The notes under the pieces: generated by a model
Seen by the model: only the letters and a program-made list of their open reading frames with translations
Database searches by the model: none
Told to the model about the DNA's origin: nothing
In this document: positions 37,116 through 46,096 of the stretch, piece by piece
Layout of the letters: every line of letters begins with the position of its first letter
Numbering within the stretch: the first letter of the stretch is position 1
Program-made: the position numbers and the translations under genes
Source of the DNA: an uncultured virus (IMG/VR IMGVR_UViG_3300049489_000353)
Taxonomy: Duplodnaviria; Heunggongvirae; Uroviricota; Caudoviricetes
Direction: 5' to 3' (one strand)
Virus record (IMG/VR): IMGVR_UViG_3300049489_000353
Length of the DNA: 64,000 nucleotides

Positions 37116-37132
37116 AGTAAAAGTTGAGTTGC

Positions 37133-37208
37133 GGGCGTATAGCTCAACGGTTAGAGCAGCCGACTCATAATCGGTTGGTTCTAGGTTCAAATCCTAGTAT
37201 GCCCACCA
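37133..37208 (+). tRNA. tRNA-CAT (Ile2 or Met)
   Basis: Canonical cloverleaf, ctCATaa. Confidence 0.85.
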
Positions 37209-37219
37209 GAATATTTCAT

Positions 37220-37313
37220 ACGAGTGTCGCCTAACGGTTAAGGCACCCGGCTTATACCCGGTTTACGATCTGATAAATCGAAGATGTGGGTTCGACTCCC
37301 TCCACTCGCACCA
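37220..37313 (+). tRNA. tRNA-Ile(TAT), long variable arm
   Basis: ctTATac loop; variable arm CGAT-ctGATaa-ATCG. Confidence 0.8.
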
Positions 37314-37316
37314 AAT

Positions 37317-37392
37317 GCACCCATCGTCTAACGGCTCAGGATAGGAGACTTTCATTCTCTTGATCGGGGTTCAAATCCCCGTGGGTGTACCA
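37317..37392 (+). tRNA. tRNA-Glu(TTC)
   Basis: Cloverleaf. Confidence 0.9.
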
Positions 37393-37486
37393 GTAAGATC
37401 ACTTTAGGCATATCCCCCGGAGGCGGGCTTGGTGATCAATGTTACCATCAACTATTTAAAGCGTAGTCGGTAACAATGCCTTTCAT

Positions 37487-37561
37487 GCTCTATTAGAACA
37501 GTGGCTAGTTCATTCGGCTTTCAACCGAAAGAAGAGGGGTCGGAACCCTCATAGAGTACCA
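37487..37561 (+). tRNA. tRNA-Glu(TTC)
   Basis: Cloverleaf, divergent T loop. Confidence 0.8.
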
Positions 37562-37754
37562 TTGCGGGAATCCCGTCCACGAAGTGTCTCCTTATATAGT
37601 ATGATGAATGCCATTCGTCATGCCAGCGTTACGGAGAGATACTTAAAGGTTCGACTCCTTTCATCGGCACCAATGCCGATGTATTCCAGCCGGTGCTGGA
37701 TTCGTAGACTAAAGAGGTCGCCCTATAAACGGTTAGGGAAGAACGGGTCCGCAA
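37562..37754 (+). ncRNA. Family-2 terminal-stem RNA enclosing a permuted tRNA domain
   Basis: TTGCGG-GAAT-CCCGT...ACGGG-T-CCGCAA; inside: T arm, CATCGGC-accaat-GCCGATG, D-like arm. Confidence 0.6.
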
Positions 37755-37833
37755 ACCATCGTGCGCTAGATAGGTGAATGTGGCACAGAGGGATAACCTA
37801 GCCAACCCTGTCTAGTTCGCAACCTTTTCTCAT

Positions 37834-37909
37834 AGGGGTATCGTCCAACGGTTTAAGACAGGAGACTTTGGATCTCTTTATCTAGGTTCGAATCCTAGTA
37901 CCCCTACCA
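37834..37909 (+). tRNA. tRNA-Gln(TTG)
   Basis: Cloverleaf. Confidence 0.9.
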
Positions 37910-37915
37910 AATTAC

Positions 37916-37990
37916 TGGCTCATGTATGTAACGGCAGCATGAAACGCTTTGAACGTTTTCGTCCGGGTTCGAATCCTGGTGAGCCAACCA
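37916..37990 (+). tRNA. tRNA-Gln(TTG)
   Basis: Cloverleaf. Confidence 0.9.
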
Positions 37991-38063
37991 GATGACGAGT
38001 CGCTCTCGTCTGATTTCGGAGTATCACGGGTAAACCGAATAAGAATAACAAATACCTGTCCAT

Positions 38064-38142
38064 AGCAGATTGGACTGGAGATAGATCCAGCGTAGTCTCA
38101 TAAGCTACTTACAGGTTGGTGCGATCCCAACATCTGCAACCA
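38064..38142 (+). tRNA. tRNA-Met(CAT), initiator-like
   Basis: ctCATaa, mismatched 1:72 pair. Confidence 0.75.
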
Positions 38143-38147
38143 TACAA

Positions 38148-38230
38148 TGCGGAGTAGAGAAACAGCCATCTCACTAGCCTCATAAGCTAGAAAAAGCAAC
38201 TAAGTGGTGCGACTCCCGCCTCCGCAACCA
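38148..38230 (+). tRNA. tRNA-Met(CAT), initiator-like
   Basis: ctCATaa, TGCGGAG/CTCCGCA acceptor. Confidence 0.7.
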
Positions 38231-38233
38231 ATT

Positions 38234-38695
38234 AAGACTAGGTTCAGCAAACCCCTATTAGCCCGAAAGGGCTGCCAGTGGCTTTCGAATTTTCCCACAT
38301 TAAAAAGAAAGTAGAAAACTAGTCTGTTTATTTTCCAAGGATATTTACAGCAAACCAAAACAATTTGGTTCGAATCCAAGGTTCCAGCAATGGGACACGC
38401 ACAATCGGTGTGCAAAAATATCCTGTTTTTCCTCAAGGTTGCATTCAGCATTCATAAATCCAAACAGCATGATTGGGTGCGATTCCCAACTTTCGTCCAT
38501 GACGAATGTAGTGTAACAGCAGCACAGCCGTCTCAAAAAAAACGCAACCTGTTTTTTCTTTAAGGATACTTCCAGCAATTATATGCAATGTAAATTCGCC
38601 GCCCTTCGGGGCTTCCGTGGTTCGAATCCCGGTCCACCCACCATGGGTGCGATGGCGGAAAGGCAGACGCAGCGAACGCAACAAACAGTATCCTG
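38234..38695 (+). ncRNA. Four tandem family-1 RNAs (38234-38326, 38337-38425, 38435-38551, 38562-38695); the last three hold permuted T-acceptor-D domains (YrlA-like)
   Basis: Shared AAG(G)-stem-CAGCA...stem-CTGTTT ends with covarying stems. Confidence 0.7.
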
Positions 38696-38704
38696 TTTTT
38701 TCAT

Positions 38705-38779
38705 GCCCGGTTCATCTAACTGGAAGGATTTCTCGCTTCTAACGAGAACATTTAGGTTCGAATCCTAAGCTGGGTGCCA
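38705..38779 (+). tRNA. tRNA-Arg(TCT)
   Basis: tctcg-ctTCTaa-cgaga. Confidence 0.88.
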
Positions 38780-38812
38780 TTGACATTTAATATAATAATG
38801 TATAATATATGT

Positions 38813-39250
38813 ATGCCAAAATGTAAAAAATGTAAGTTAATATTAGATGATAGTTGTTTTTCCACTAACGACTACAATGGTAAATATCGCACTAGATGTA
38901 AAAACTGTCGCAAATTATATAATAAAATATGGTATGAAAAAAATAAAGTAAAACAAAAGAAGAGAGCTAGAGTAAATGCTTTAAAATACAAAAACGAAGC
39001 GAGAGAGTTCGCTAAACACATTTACGCTAAAGGTTGCTCATTATGTGGAGAAAAATGTAAAGAATGTTTGGATTTCCACCATTTAGATGTCTCTAAAAAG
39101 GAATATAATGCAAGTGAAGGATTGAATGGATTTATTTCGGTAGAGACGTTTAAAAAAGAAATAAAAAAATGTATATTGGTATGTGCCAACTGTCATAGAA
39201 AAATACATGCTGGTATTATATCTTGCTCACATATCCCCTCACTTTCCTAA
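38813..39250 (+). CDS. HNH endonuclease
   Basis: LDFHH...CILVCANCHRKIH; promoter TTGACA-N15-TATAAT at 38780. Confidence 0.85.
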   Translation: MPKCKKCKLILDDSCFSTNDYNGKYRTRCKNCRKLYNKIWYEKNKVKQKKRARVNALKYKNEAREFAKHIYAKGCSLCGEKCKECLDFHHLDVSKKEYNASEGLNGFISVETFKKEIKKCILVCANCHRKIHAGIISCSHIPSLS

Positions 39251-39304
39251 AGTGACGAAAGGGTAACTGGATGCATGTAGGTTCAACTCCTACTGTGAGC
39301 GCCA
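39225..39304 (+). ncRNA. D-armless tRNA-like RNA, CCT (Arg) anticodon
   Basis: GCTCACA/TGTGAGC-GCCA, tcact-ttCCTaa-agtga, T arm. Confidence 0.6.
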
Positions 39305-39309
39305 TTCAT

Positions 39310-39386
39310 GCCCTTGTAGCTCATTCGGATAGAGCGTCGGTTTTCTAAACCGAATGTAGTAGGTTCGATTCCTACCAGGGGTGCCA
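39310..39386 (+). tRNA. tRNA-Arg(TCT)
   Basis: tcggt-ttTCTaa-accga. Confidence 0.88.
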
Positions 39387-39391
39387 TTCAT

Positions 39392-39467
39392 GCGGGTTTA
39401 GCTCAGTGTAGAGCGCCTGGGCGCAAGCCTTGGAGGTCGGGCGGTTCAACTCCCCCAACCCGCACCA
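39392..39467 (+). ncRNA. tRNA-like RNA with a GCAA tetraloop instead of an anticodon loop
   Basis: Intact acceptor, D and T arms and ACCA; GGC-GCAA-GCC. Confidence 0.65.
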
Positions 39468-39480
39468 TTAAGGAGAAGAT

Positions 39481-39804
39481 ATGAAACGTAGTCGAGCATA
39501 TGTTCGTGAACAGAGAAAAAGAGTCATTAAGAATCGTAAGAAACTCGTTCGTGATTCCAAATTACCCGATGGAAATCGTGTCGATGGAGAATATGCCAAG
39601 CGTCATCCTTTCGATTGTGGTAAGACCGATTGCATGCTGTGTCATGGGCACAAGAAAAACAAAGCATGTGGCAGCAAATGGAAAGATGAGCGTGGTGAGC
39701 TTGAAGAAATTATCAAAAAAGAAATGCGTGAAGAACTTCGTAATACAGTAGAAGAAACTGGTTGTCCACCGACGATTTATGATGAACTCCACGATAATAT
39801 ATGA
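39481..39804 (+). CDS. Hypothetical basic protein
   Basis: AAGGAG SD; C-x4-C-x2-C. Confidence 0.6.
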   Translation: MKRSRAYVREQRKRVIKNRKKLVRDSKLPDGNRVDGEYAKRHPFDCGKTDCMLCHGHKKNKACGSKWKDERGELEEIIKKEMREELRNTVEETGCPPTIYDELHDNI

Positions 39805-40140
39805 TTACGAAATCTAACAATACAAGGAATCTTCACATGACTTTATCCGTTCACGATCATATCCTTATCGCAGTTGCTCGTAAGCCGAGAACCTCTGCAA
39901 AAATCGTTAAAATCGTATCAAAAGCCACATCCAAGCCGCGCAGGATTATATGGCGCACCATTATTAAGATGATGGAGGAAGAAAAAATCAGATATCGTGA
40001 TGACGGTGCTGATTATACTGGTGGGGCTGAAAAATTACGGAAGGCGCTGAGTTGCTTATCTCACGGATACGATAAACGAGCAAACGAATTGCTTGCGGAT
40101 ATTCTGAGCCAGCATTGATTGAATTAAACTGCTAATGCAT

Positions 40141-40215
40141 TCCCGGGTAGCTCAGTGGTAGAGCAGTTGACTGTTAATCAATTGGTCGCTGGTTCGAATC
40201 CAGCCTTGGGAGCCA
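40141..40215 (+). tRNA. tRNA-Asn(GTT)
   Basis: Canonical cloverleaf. Confidence 0.92.
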
Positions 40216-40312
40216 TCAAGAATATCAGCGTTTACGGTGCGAGGGACGCACGCTGGTATAAACAGAACAGATGACAACAAATATCTATCGTCTCGCGCAC
40301 GATAGATCATAC

Positions 40313-40388
40313 GCGGGTGTAACTCAATTGGCAGAGTGGCAGCTTTCCAAGCTGCATGTTGTGGGTTCAACTCCCTCCACCCGCTCCA
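40313..40388 (+). tRNA. tRNA-Gly(TCC)
   Basis: Cloverleaf, U73. Confidence 0.9.
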
Positions 40389-40536
40389 CTGATCGGCAAT
40401 CTTGACAGACGTTCGCTTATAACGAATCCGCTGTAGTAGTAAACAACACGATGTAAGAGTTGGCAATAAAAATTATATATTAACCCAAAACTCAAAGTCC
40501 ATGAGACTCTTACATAGATTCAAGTCCGATCATCAT

Positions 40537-40611
40537 GTGTCTTTGGTGCTAATGGTAACACAACACGCTTCCAACGTGTGGTCGCTGGTTCGATTCCAGT
40601 AAGACACTCCA
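40537..40611 (+). tRNA. tRNA-Gly(TCC)
   Basis: Cloverleaf, U73. Confidence 0.9.
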
Positions 40612-40740
40612 CGATATACGCGCACGACTGATTCGTGCTATGCACTTGGTACTGACATGACTGCGGGCGTAATATGACCAAGTTGAGTCCGACCGCAGAC
40701 TGCTAGCGCAGCAGACAGAAGGTGAAAGTCCTTCGTTTTT

Positions 40741-40815
40741 GGGCGCGTAACTCAACGGCAGAGTGCTTGCTTTACATGCAAGAAGTAGTAGGATCGACAC
40801 CTACCTCGCCCACCA
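40741..40815 (+). tRNA. tRNA-Val(TAC)
   Basis: Cloverleaf. Confidence 0.85.
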
Positions 40816-40818
40816 CTT

Positions 40819-40875
40819 AAGGATGCCTACTGCAATCAAAAATATTTTAGCAAAAAATAAAAAATGTGCATCCTG
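40819..40875 (+). ncRNA. Family-1 RNA, short form without tRNA domain
   Basis: AAGGATGC-ctactgcaa...GCATCCTG. Confidence 0.6.
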
Positions 40876-40880
40876 TTTAT

Positions 40881-40987
40881 GGTGACTAGTGTAGCGGAAT
40901 GGGGCACCATTTCGTTGCTGGTTACGCAGAGGACTACTGAGGCATCATTAGCTTCCTTCGTTGGTTCGAATCCAACAGTCACCACCA
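40881..40987 (+). ncRNA. tRNA-like RNA with expanded core
   Basis: GGTGACT/AGTCACC-ACCA, perfect T arm, no clear anticodon arm. Confidence 0.55.
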
Positions 40988-41125
40988 GAGTTCGTTTTCG
41001 GGAATTGTATATAGCCATCGGTTGCGAGGCTGCTACCACCACAAGGGAACAGATGATGTATATGGTCTGTTCGCACAGTAACATGATTGGGGTCTATACA
41101 TGAAAGAAAACGAATTCACCACTTT

Positions 41126-41178
41126 AAGGATGCTTCCAGCAATTAAATTTTTTATTGAAAAAAACAAACAGCATCCTG
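41126..41178 (+). ncRNA. Family-1 RNA, short form
   Basis: AAGGATGCT-tccagcaa...AGCATCCTG. Confidence 0.6.
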
Positions 41179-41183
41179 TTTAT

Positions 41184-41258
41184 GAGCATGGAGTAGAATG
41201 GTTTTTACGTTTCCCCTACACGGAAAAATAGGAGGTTCGATTCCTCACTTGCTCACCA
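41184..41258 (+). tRNA. tRNA-Val(TAC)
   Basis: tttcc-ccTACac-ggaaa. Confidence 0.75.
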
Positions 41259-41393
41259 CTGTTATCTGATGCGAAAGTTCTCGTTGCCTGACCAGCATTC
41301 ATTAGAGAACACTCAGCGTGCAGAGTAGAAACGCTCCGTAGGTCACGGTTGGACTTGATCTGTAAAAAGCGCACGCCAGATAACTTTTTCTTT

Positions 41394-41450
41394 AAGGCTA
41401 CTTCCAGCAATTTATATTCTTTCCATTAATAAGAAAAAAACAGTAGCCTG
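41394..41450 (+). ncRNA. Family-1 RNA, short form
   Basis: AAGGCTACT-tccagcaa...AGTAGCCTG. Confidence 0.6.
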
Positions 41451-41567
41451 TTTATTTTGGTGTTACTGGAGCGTTCTTGACTGTTCCATGGAACAAGTCG
41501 GCTCGTCAGAACCCTATGACAAATCGGGATAGACCGATTGACAGGCGTGGAATTAGACACGCATCAT

Positions 41568-41644
41568 GCGGGTATCGTACACCGGATTTAGTATGACACA
41601 TTGCCAATGTGTAGAAGAGGGTTCAACTCCCTCTACCCGCACCA
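41568..41644 (+). tRNA. tRNA-Gly(GCC)
   Basis: Cloverleaf. Confidence 0.85.
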
Positions 41645-41657
41645 GAAAAGATGTACG

Positions 41658-41717
41658 ATTGTAGCTGCCCGAGCAAGGGGTGGTGATATTGTAGCTACCC
41701 GAGCAAGGGGTAGTGAT
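41658..41717 (+). repeat. Two-copy 30-bp tandem hairpin repeat
   Basis: attgtagct(g/a)cccgagcaaggggt(g/a)gtgat twice. Confidence 0.8.
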
Positions 41718-42042
41718 GCACCATCCTGTGGGCGATGCCATCGCCAGGTTAAAAGCCACACGATTCCCACATTGGATAGCATAAACAATGCGCTCGCTGC
41801 CGCGATGAACAGATACCGAGCGAAAGGGTCTATCATCGTGTCTTGCAGAAGAGAGATTACGGTCCACTCGATGGTAATCCGTACCAAGTTGTCCGAAACC
41901 AAAAGTTTCGGGAGGTCAAGGCAGCACATGGAAAGCGGTGGACAAAACCAATCACGGAGCATATGGAATACCGTAAGTTAGTGTACTTAAAGAACACTCA
42001 AATCCGCGTTCAGGGTCGCAAGTCCTTTACATCTTTTCTCAT

Positions 42043-42130
42043 GTGCATATGGTCGAGCGGTCGAAGGCAGCGGTTTGCAAAACCGCTTGGGGAAACCCAC
42101 GCGCATGTTCGAATCATGCTATGCACTCCA
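42043..42130 (+). tRNA. tRNA-Cys(GCA), long variable arm
   Basis: ttGCAaa, U73, TGGG-gaaa-CCCA arm. Confidence 0.85.
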
Positions 42131-42135
42131 TTCAT

Positions 42136-42220
42136 GACTCACGTTACTTTAAACCTGGGAAACCTGGGGCTGGTCCGCAAAATCAGCGTATTAGTGGTGC
42201 GATTCCACCGTGAGTTTCCA
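42136..42220 (+). tRNA. Atypical tRNA-Cys(GCA)
   Basis: 6-bp anticodon stem, U73-CCA, aberrant D region. Confidence 0.55.
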
Positions 42221-42233
42221 TATAAATATTAAT

Positions 42234-42470
42234 ATGAGATTCGAAGATAAGATTCCTCATATTGATAAAGTAGCGAATTTCATCGTCGGATTTACTTTGG
42301 CTGCCATGTTGGTTGGTGTGGTCGGATATGGATTCACACTCGCATCAATCGTCACCATAGCAGCTTTCAAGGAAATTTGGTGGGATCGCAATTACGATAC
42401 GGCAAATGTCGATTGGTGGGACTTTGTAGCACTTATGAGTGGCGCAGCAATAGCTGCAATATTTTTCTAA
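42234..42470 (+). CDS. Small membrane protein
   Basis: Hydrophobic segments; TATAAATA upstream. Confidence 0.6.
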   Translation: MRFEDKIPHIDKVANFIVGFTLAAMLVGVVGYGFTLASIVTIAAFKEIWWDRNYDTANVDWWDFVALMSGAAIAAIFF

Positions 42471-42471
42471 T

Positions 42472-42556
42472 GCCCGAGTGGCGTAACGGCAGCCGCGACA
42501 GTTTCAAAAACTGTTTCCTTAACGGAGTGGAGGTTCGATTCCTCTCTCGGGTACCA
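42472..42556 (+). tRNA. tRNA-Leu(CAA)
   Basis: Class II cloverleaf. Confidence 0.9.
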
Positions 42557-42560
42557 GTAT

Positions 42561-42925
42561 GGGGATGAACCGGCTTCGACGCGAAATCGGATCTATACCT
42601 TGCAAGCCGTAGAGCATAGGCTACGAAAAAAATATGTAAAAAAATAAACGATGATCACATCGATTACACTGGCGTCGAGAACGCCGGATTCGCTCTCGCC
42701 CTCGCGGCGTAAGCACAGGACTTCCAAGAACCACGATTGGAATGCACCTGTAATATAGTGGTTGCTGTTCAGTAGGCTGGTGAGTAACTGAATTTAAGAT
42801 AACACACTACGGGTTGGATACCGTTCACCAACTACCCTGTCTGATGGGGAACAGATCGGAACAAGCTTGTAGACAGATTAGTGAATATCTTGCGGACCAG
42901 GGTTCGACTCCCTGCATCTCCACCA
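42561..42925 (+). ncRNA. ssrA: tmRNA; tag reading frame DDHIDYTGVENAGFALALAA* at 42650-42712
   Basis: 5' GGGGATG...TTCGAC, 3' T arm and CATCTCCACCA, G3:U70, ATAAAC before resume codon, tag ending LAA. Confidence 0.92.
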
Positions 42926-42958
42926 TTGACATTTTTAAGAGATGCGTATAATACGCAT

Positions 42959-43273
42959 ATGAAAACGTTCGAGTTCAATTTCATCGATTCAAAAGTTCCA
43001 CAAGATATTGTGGAAACATTGATGGGTCCATTTGAGGAAGATGATGGGGAAATCATTCCGTTGAATCAAGAGTTTTCGACCATGGCACACATCATGGCGC
43101 GGGCGGGTTTCTTCCGGTCAGTTGGTGAGGCGAGGAAAAACGGCTGGAATAAGCCGATTCCAAGCGGATTTTCAAAATTAGTTGTTGGTAAAGGTGATAG
43201 GATGAAAGTTATTTTCATATTAGCGGATTCACCAATATGGCATAAAGATATGATAGATGATAACAAATTGTGA
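42959..43273 (+). CDS. S4-like RNA-binding domain protein
   Basis: AGFFRSVGEARKNGW...VGKG; promoter at 42926. Confidence 0.55.
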   Translation: MKTFEFNFIDSKVPQDIVETLMGPFEEDDGEIIPLNQEFSTMAHIMARAGFFRSVGEARKNGWNKPIPSGFSKLVVGKGDRMKVIFILADSPIWHKDMIDDNKL

Positions 43274-43315
43274 TATACTAGAAGAGGTTGAAAAGTTATA
43301 GCGTAGAACAATTAT

Positions 43316-43390
43316 CTGCCCTTGGGATAGTGGCTTGTTCCCTAGCTTTGGGAGCTAGTGACGCATGTTCGATTCATGCAGGGCAGACCA
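43316..43390 (+). tRNA. tRNA-Pro(TGG)
   Basis: Cloverleaf. Confidence 0.88.
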
Positions 43391-43441
43391 AAAGGATTTG
43401 GAATTGACTTCCAAATCAAGTATAAATAATAGTGGTGTTAT

Positions 43442-44020
43442 ATGAGTAAGATTAATAAAGAAAAATTAGTAGAGATTTTTAAAAAGTGTTATTCGTATAA
43501 CGATGTGTGTTTAAAATATTTCGGATATTGTAATAGTAAGAAGCTTTCTAATATGCGAAATTTTGCTTTTAATAATGCAATTGATACCACTCATTTTGAT
43601 GCAAAAAAGTATACGACCAAGTATGAAATAGTAGAAAAAATATGTCCAGTATGTGGTGACAAATTTAATACAAAAAGGGGACATAAGAAAGAAAAAATAA
43701 CATGTTCTTATGGATGCTCAAATACATATTTTAGAAGCGGTAAAGATAATGGAGGTTATAAAGAACCCGATGAATTATCTGGAAAAGCAAAATATGTAAG
43801 AATATGTTTCGAACATCACAAAAAAGAATGCATTATATGTGGTGAGAAAAATGTTGTGTCTGTTCATCACTTTGATAACAACCATTATAATGATGAACCG
43901 AAAAATTTAGTTCCAATGTGTCCAACGCACCATCAGTATATGCACAGTAGATTTAAGCATCTTATAGAAGATAAGGTCAAAGAATATATTGAAAAATGGA
44001 AAGTTGGCAGAGCGGTCTAA
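43442..44020 (+). CDS. HNH endonuclease
   Basis: CIICG...VHHFD.NH.N..PKNL..MCPTHH. Confidence 0.85.
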   Translation: MSKINKEKLVEIFKKCYSYNDVCLKYFGYCNSKKLSNMRNFAFNNAIDTTHFDAKKYTTKYEIVEKICPVCGDKFNTKRGHKKEKITCSYGCSNTYFRSGKDNGGYKEPDELSGKAKYVRICFEHHKKECIICGEKNVVSVHHFDNNHYNDEPKNLVPMCPTHHQYMHSRFKHLIEDKVKEYIEKWKVGRAV

Positions 44021-44087
44021 TGCAGCAAGTTACTAACTTGAAGTGCCTTAAATGGCACCGGGGGTTCGAATCCCTCACTTTCCGCCA
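43998..44087 (+). tRNA. tRNA-Ser(ACT), A34 anticodon
   Basis: Ser-type body with G73 and long arm; caag-ttACTaa-cttg. Confidence 0.8.
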
Positions 44088-44098
44088 AGTGGATTTAT

Positions 44099-44189
44099 GG
44101 TGAGTTGGCAGAGTTGGACTATAGCACTGGTTTTGAAAACCAGAGAGGGTGAAAATCCTCCGAAGGTTCGAATCCTTCACTCACCGCCA
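44099..44189 (+). tRNA. tRNA-Ser(TGA)
   Basis: Class II cloverleaf. Confidence 0.9.
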
Positions 44190-44253
44190 CAAGAGGAATG
44201 AAACGTCCTCGCCCCTTTCAAGCCTCTTAACAATGCTCAAACTGAAAGGTCAT

Positions 44254-44327
44254 GTCTGTGTAACTCAATGGTAGAGTGGCTCGTTGCCAACGAGCATACG
44301 CGGGTTCGATTCCCACCACGGACTCCA
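44254..44327 (+). tRNA. tRNA-Gly(GCC)
   Basis: Cloverleaf, U73. Confidence 0.88.
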
Positions 44328-44614
44328 AATGTCGGTTATCACACTACAAAGGGTTTTCATTACAGAGTTATGTTATTTGTAATGAACGATCACCAGCGTA
44401 TAGTTTAAACAGAACACTTTAGAACAACATGGTTGTGGCTGTGTGCTAGGGTGCGCTCACTTCGAGAGAAGAGTAAATGTCTGTAACGGACAAACTAACG
44501 GTCTTCGCCGCATTCCGAAAAATCCCTTAGATAGAGACAAAATAAACAGCACAGTCTCCATTTTAAGGCGCTACAATTCATGCTAAAGAAGAGTGTGCCC
44601 GACAGCTTTATCAT

Positions 44615-44688
44615 GCCTCCGTAGCTCAATATAGAGCGAGCGATTCTAAACCGCTAGGTTGTGGGTTAAAGTCCCACCGAGGGCACCA
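44615..44688 (+). tRNA. Amber suppressor tRNA (CTA)
   Basis: agcga-ttCTAaa-ccgct, ACCA. Confidence 0.75.
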
Positions 44689-44689
44689 T

Positions 44690-44917
44690 TCGGGAATCCT
44701 ACGAAGAGGGTTGATGAGTTATGCGGAGGGCAGACCTTATCCATACTCCGCTACGATAATTTCACTCAAGCCCAACATATGAGGCTGTTGGGGTCCGCAA
44801 GGATAACCTACTTGTAGTTTCAAACAAAACAGCAAGAGATTGAATTGATCTATTGAGCCTCAATTCAACTTATAACGAGCAATTAGCAAGTTATATCTCT
44901 TGAAGATGTAGGTCCGA
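44690..44917 (+). ncRNA. Family-2 terminal-stem RNA, long form
   Basis: TCGG-GAAT-CCTAC...GTAGG-T-CCGA with several internal hairpins. Confidence 0.5.
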
Positions 44918-44925
44918 TTCATTTT

Positions 44926-45002
44926 GCATCCGTAGCTTTCCGGCGAAAGCGCCCGCCTCTAAAACGGGGTCAAGATGGGATCGACACCCATCGGATGCGC
45001 CA
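44926..45002 (+). tRNA. Amber suppressor tRNA (CTA)
   Basis: cccgc-ctCTAaa-acggg, perfect acceptor, GCCA. Confidence 0.75.
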
Positions 45003-45006
45003 GAAC

Positions 45007-45139
45007 GGTGGAGTGGCGAAAAGATACCTTAACGGGTAACAACCAGCACCACATGCTGCTTGTAGTAAACGCACCGCCACATCGGCGGCGGATCCTAGCT
45101 AGATCCAAACTGTAGGTTCAAGTCCTACCTCCACCACCA
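45007..45139 (+). ncRNA. Leu-like tRNA derivative with D-loop insertion and 5-nt anticodon loop
   Basis: GGTGGAG/CTCCACC-ACCA, ccgcc-acatc-ggcgg, long arm, T arm. Confidence 0.55.
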
Positions 45140-45173
45140 TCACAACGCAATAACCAAAGAAAGGACCAGACCC

Positions 45174-45260
45174 ATGCGTTAGCACGAATACGGGTAGAAC
45201 ATTCGTGGACCTCCTTGAGTTGATTGAGACGAAGTTTTCAATCAATCAACCTAACAAGGA
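45174..45260 (+). promoter_or_regulatory. Amber-interrupted leader ORF (MR*HEYG*NIRGPP*) with SD-sequestering hairpin
   Basis: AAAGGA SD; in-frame TAG at 45180 and 45195; TCCTTG/CAAGGA and GTTGATTGA/TCAATCAAC pairing. Confidence 0.65.
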
Positions 45261-45268
45261 ATAAACCC

Positions 45269-45655
45269 ATGAATAAGACCCAACATAAACTCGCAATGGA
45301 ATTTTTCCGTAGCGAAATCCAAATTCTCGCCAAGAGAATTTTCCACAATAAACAGGCGCTTCGCCACAACCAACGAATCGTCTCAAAGGGACTTGACGAG
45401 CCTACCAAGGAATACGACAAGACCGGTGAGAAATACTGGTGGTGTCCAGAGCAGTCCATTGTCAATGACAAGTGGATGATCACTGGACTTCACATAGTCT
45501 ACGGAGAGTTGCGCGGAAAGCCGCATTTAACAGAGGAAAAGAAAAAGAATTATGTTTCACTCATTGAAACAATTCGTAAGAGAATGGATGAGTACATCGC
45601 GTCGAAAGAAGCTGCTCTCGTATCCAACGGAGCCTCCTGCGCCGGAAGTGTATAG
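45269..45655 (+). CDS. Hypothetical protein upstream of the Pth2-like gene
   Basis: AAGGA SD at 45256, ATG at 45269. Confidence 0.7.
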   Translation: MNKTQHKLAMEFFRSEIQILAKRIFHNKQALRHNQRIVSKGLDEPTKEYDKTGEKYWWCPEQSIVNDKWMITGLHIVYGELRGKPHLTEEKKKNYVSLIETIRKRMDEYIASKEAALVSNGASCAGSV

Positions 45656-45659
45656 AGCC

Positions 45660-45989
45660 ATGCTTAAGATGTTCATCCTTATCAGACGCGACATTCTGCC
45701 ACTCGCACACTGTGCAGTACAGAGTTCGCACGCGGCTGCTGAATTCATGGCTCAACATGGTCAGAAGCCATACGTCATCGATTGGGTGAACAACCACAAG
45801 ACGATGATTCTTCTGTCAGCTACGGAATCGGAAATTGCGAGTATCAAGGCACTGTATGATCGTATGGGCTTGTCCTACACGACCTTCATAGAGCCTGATA
45901 TGTCTAATGCAGAAACGGCGACAGCCTTTGGACCAATCAGCAATGATGTCTCGAAGGCGATCTTTGGTCACTTGTCGCTGTTGAAGTAA
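45660..45989 (+). CDS. Peptidyl-tRNA hydrolase, Pth2-like
   Basis: KMFILIRRDI...AVQSSHAAAEF...W...FIEPD...TATAFGP...LSLL. Confidence 0.8.
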   Translation: MLKMFILIRRDILPLAHCAVQSSHAAAEFMAQHGQKPYVIDWVNNHKTMILLSATESEIASIKALYDRMGLSYTTFIEPDMSNAETATAFGPISNDVSKAIFGHLSLLK

Positions 45990-46021
45990 ACAAGTCCCAC
46001 CCAGCAATGGGTGGGCAGTAT

Positions 46022-46096
46022 GCCCGCATCGTACAGTGGTAGATACAACTGTTTTGTACTCAGTAGACGGTGGTTCGATTCCATCTGTGGGCACCA
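46022..46096 (+). tRNA. tRNA-Thr(TGT)
   Basis: Cloverleaf. Confidence 0.88.

Noticed and set aside
38234..38695. CRISPR array from the tandem family-1 repeats
   Set aside because: Units vary in length, the repeats covary as stems rather than being identical, the inserts are tRNA-like, and no cas genes are visible.
38705..39386. Two further apparent amber tRNAs (ttcta in the loop)
   Set aside because: Stem register gives loops ctTCTaa and ttTCTaa, i.e. Arg(TCT).
41658..41717. CRISPR from the 30-bp tandem repeat
   Set aside because: Two abutting copies with no spacer.
35786..42568. Many 60-130 aa ORFs on both strands across array 1
   Set aside because: They overlap tRNA or structured RNA genes and lack SD sites or protein motifs; treated as spurious except those listed.
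45552..45659. N-terminal extension of the Pth2-like ORF
   Set aside because: Overlaps ORF 45269-45655; Pth2 similarity begins near 45660. A frameshift fusion cannot be excluded but has no direct support.
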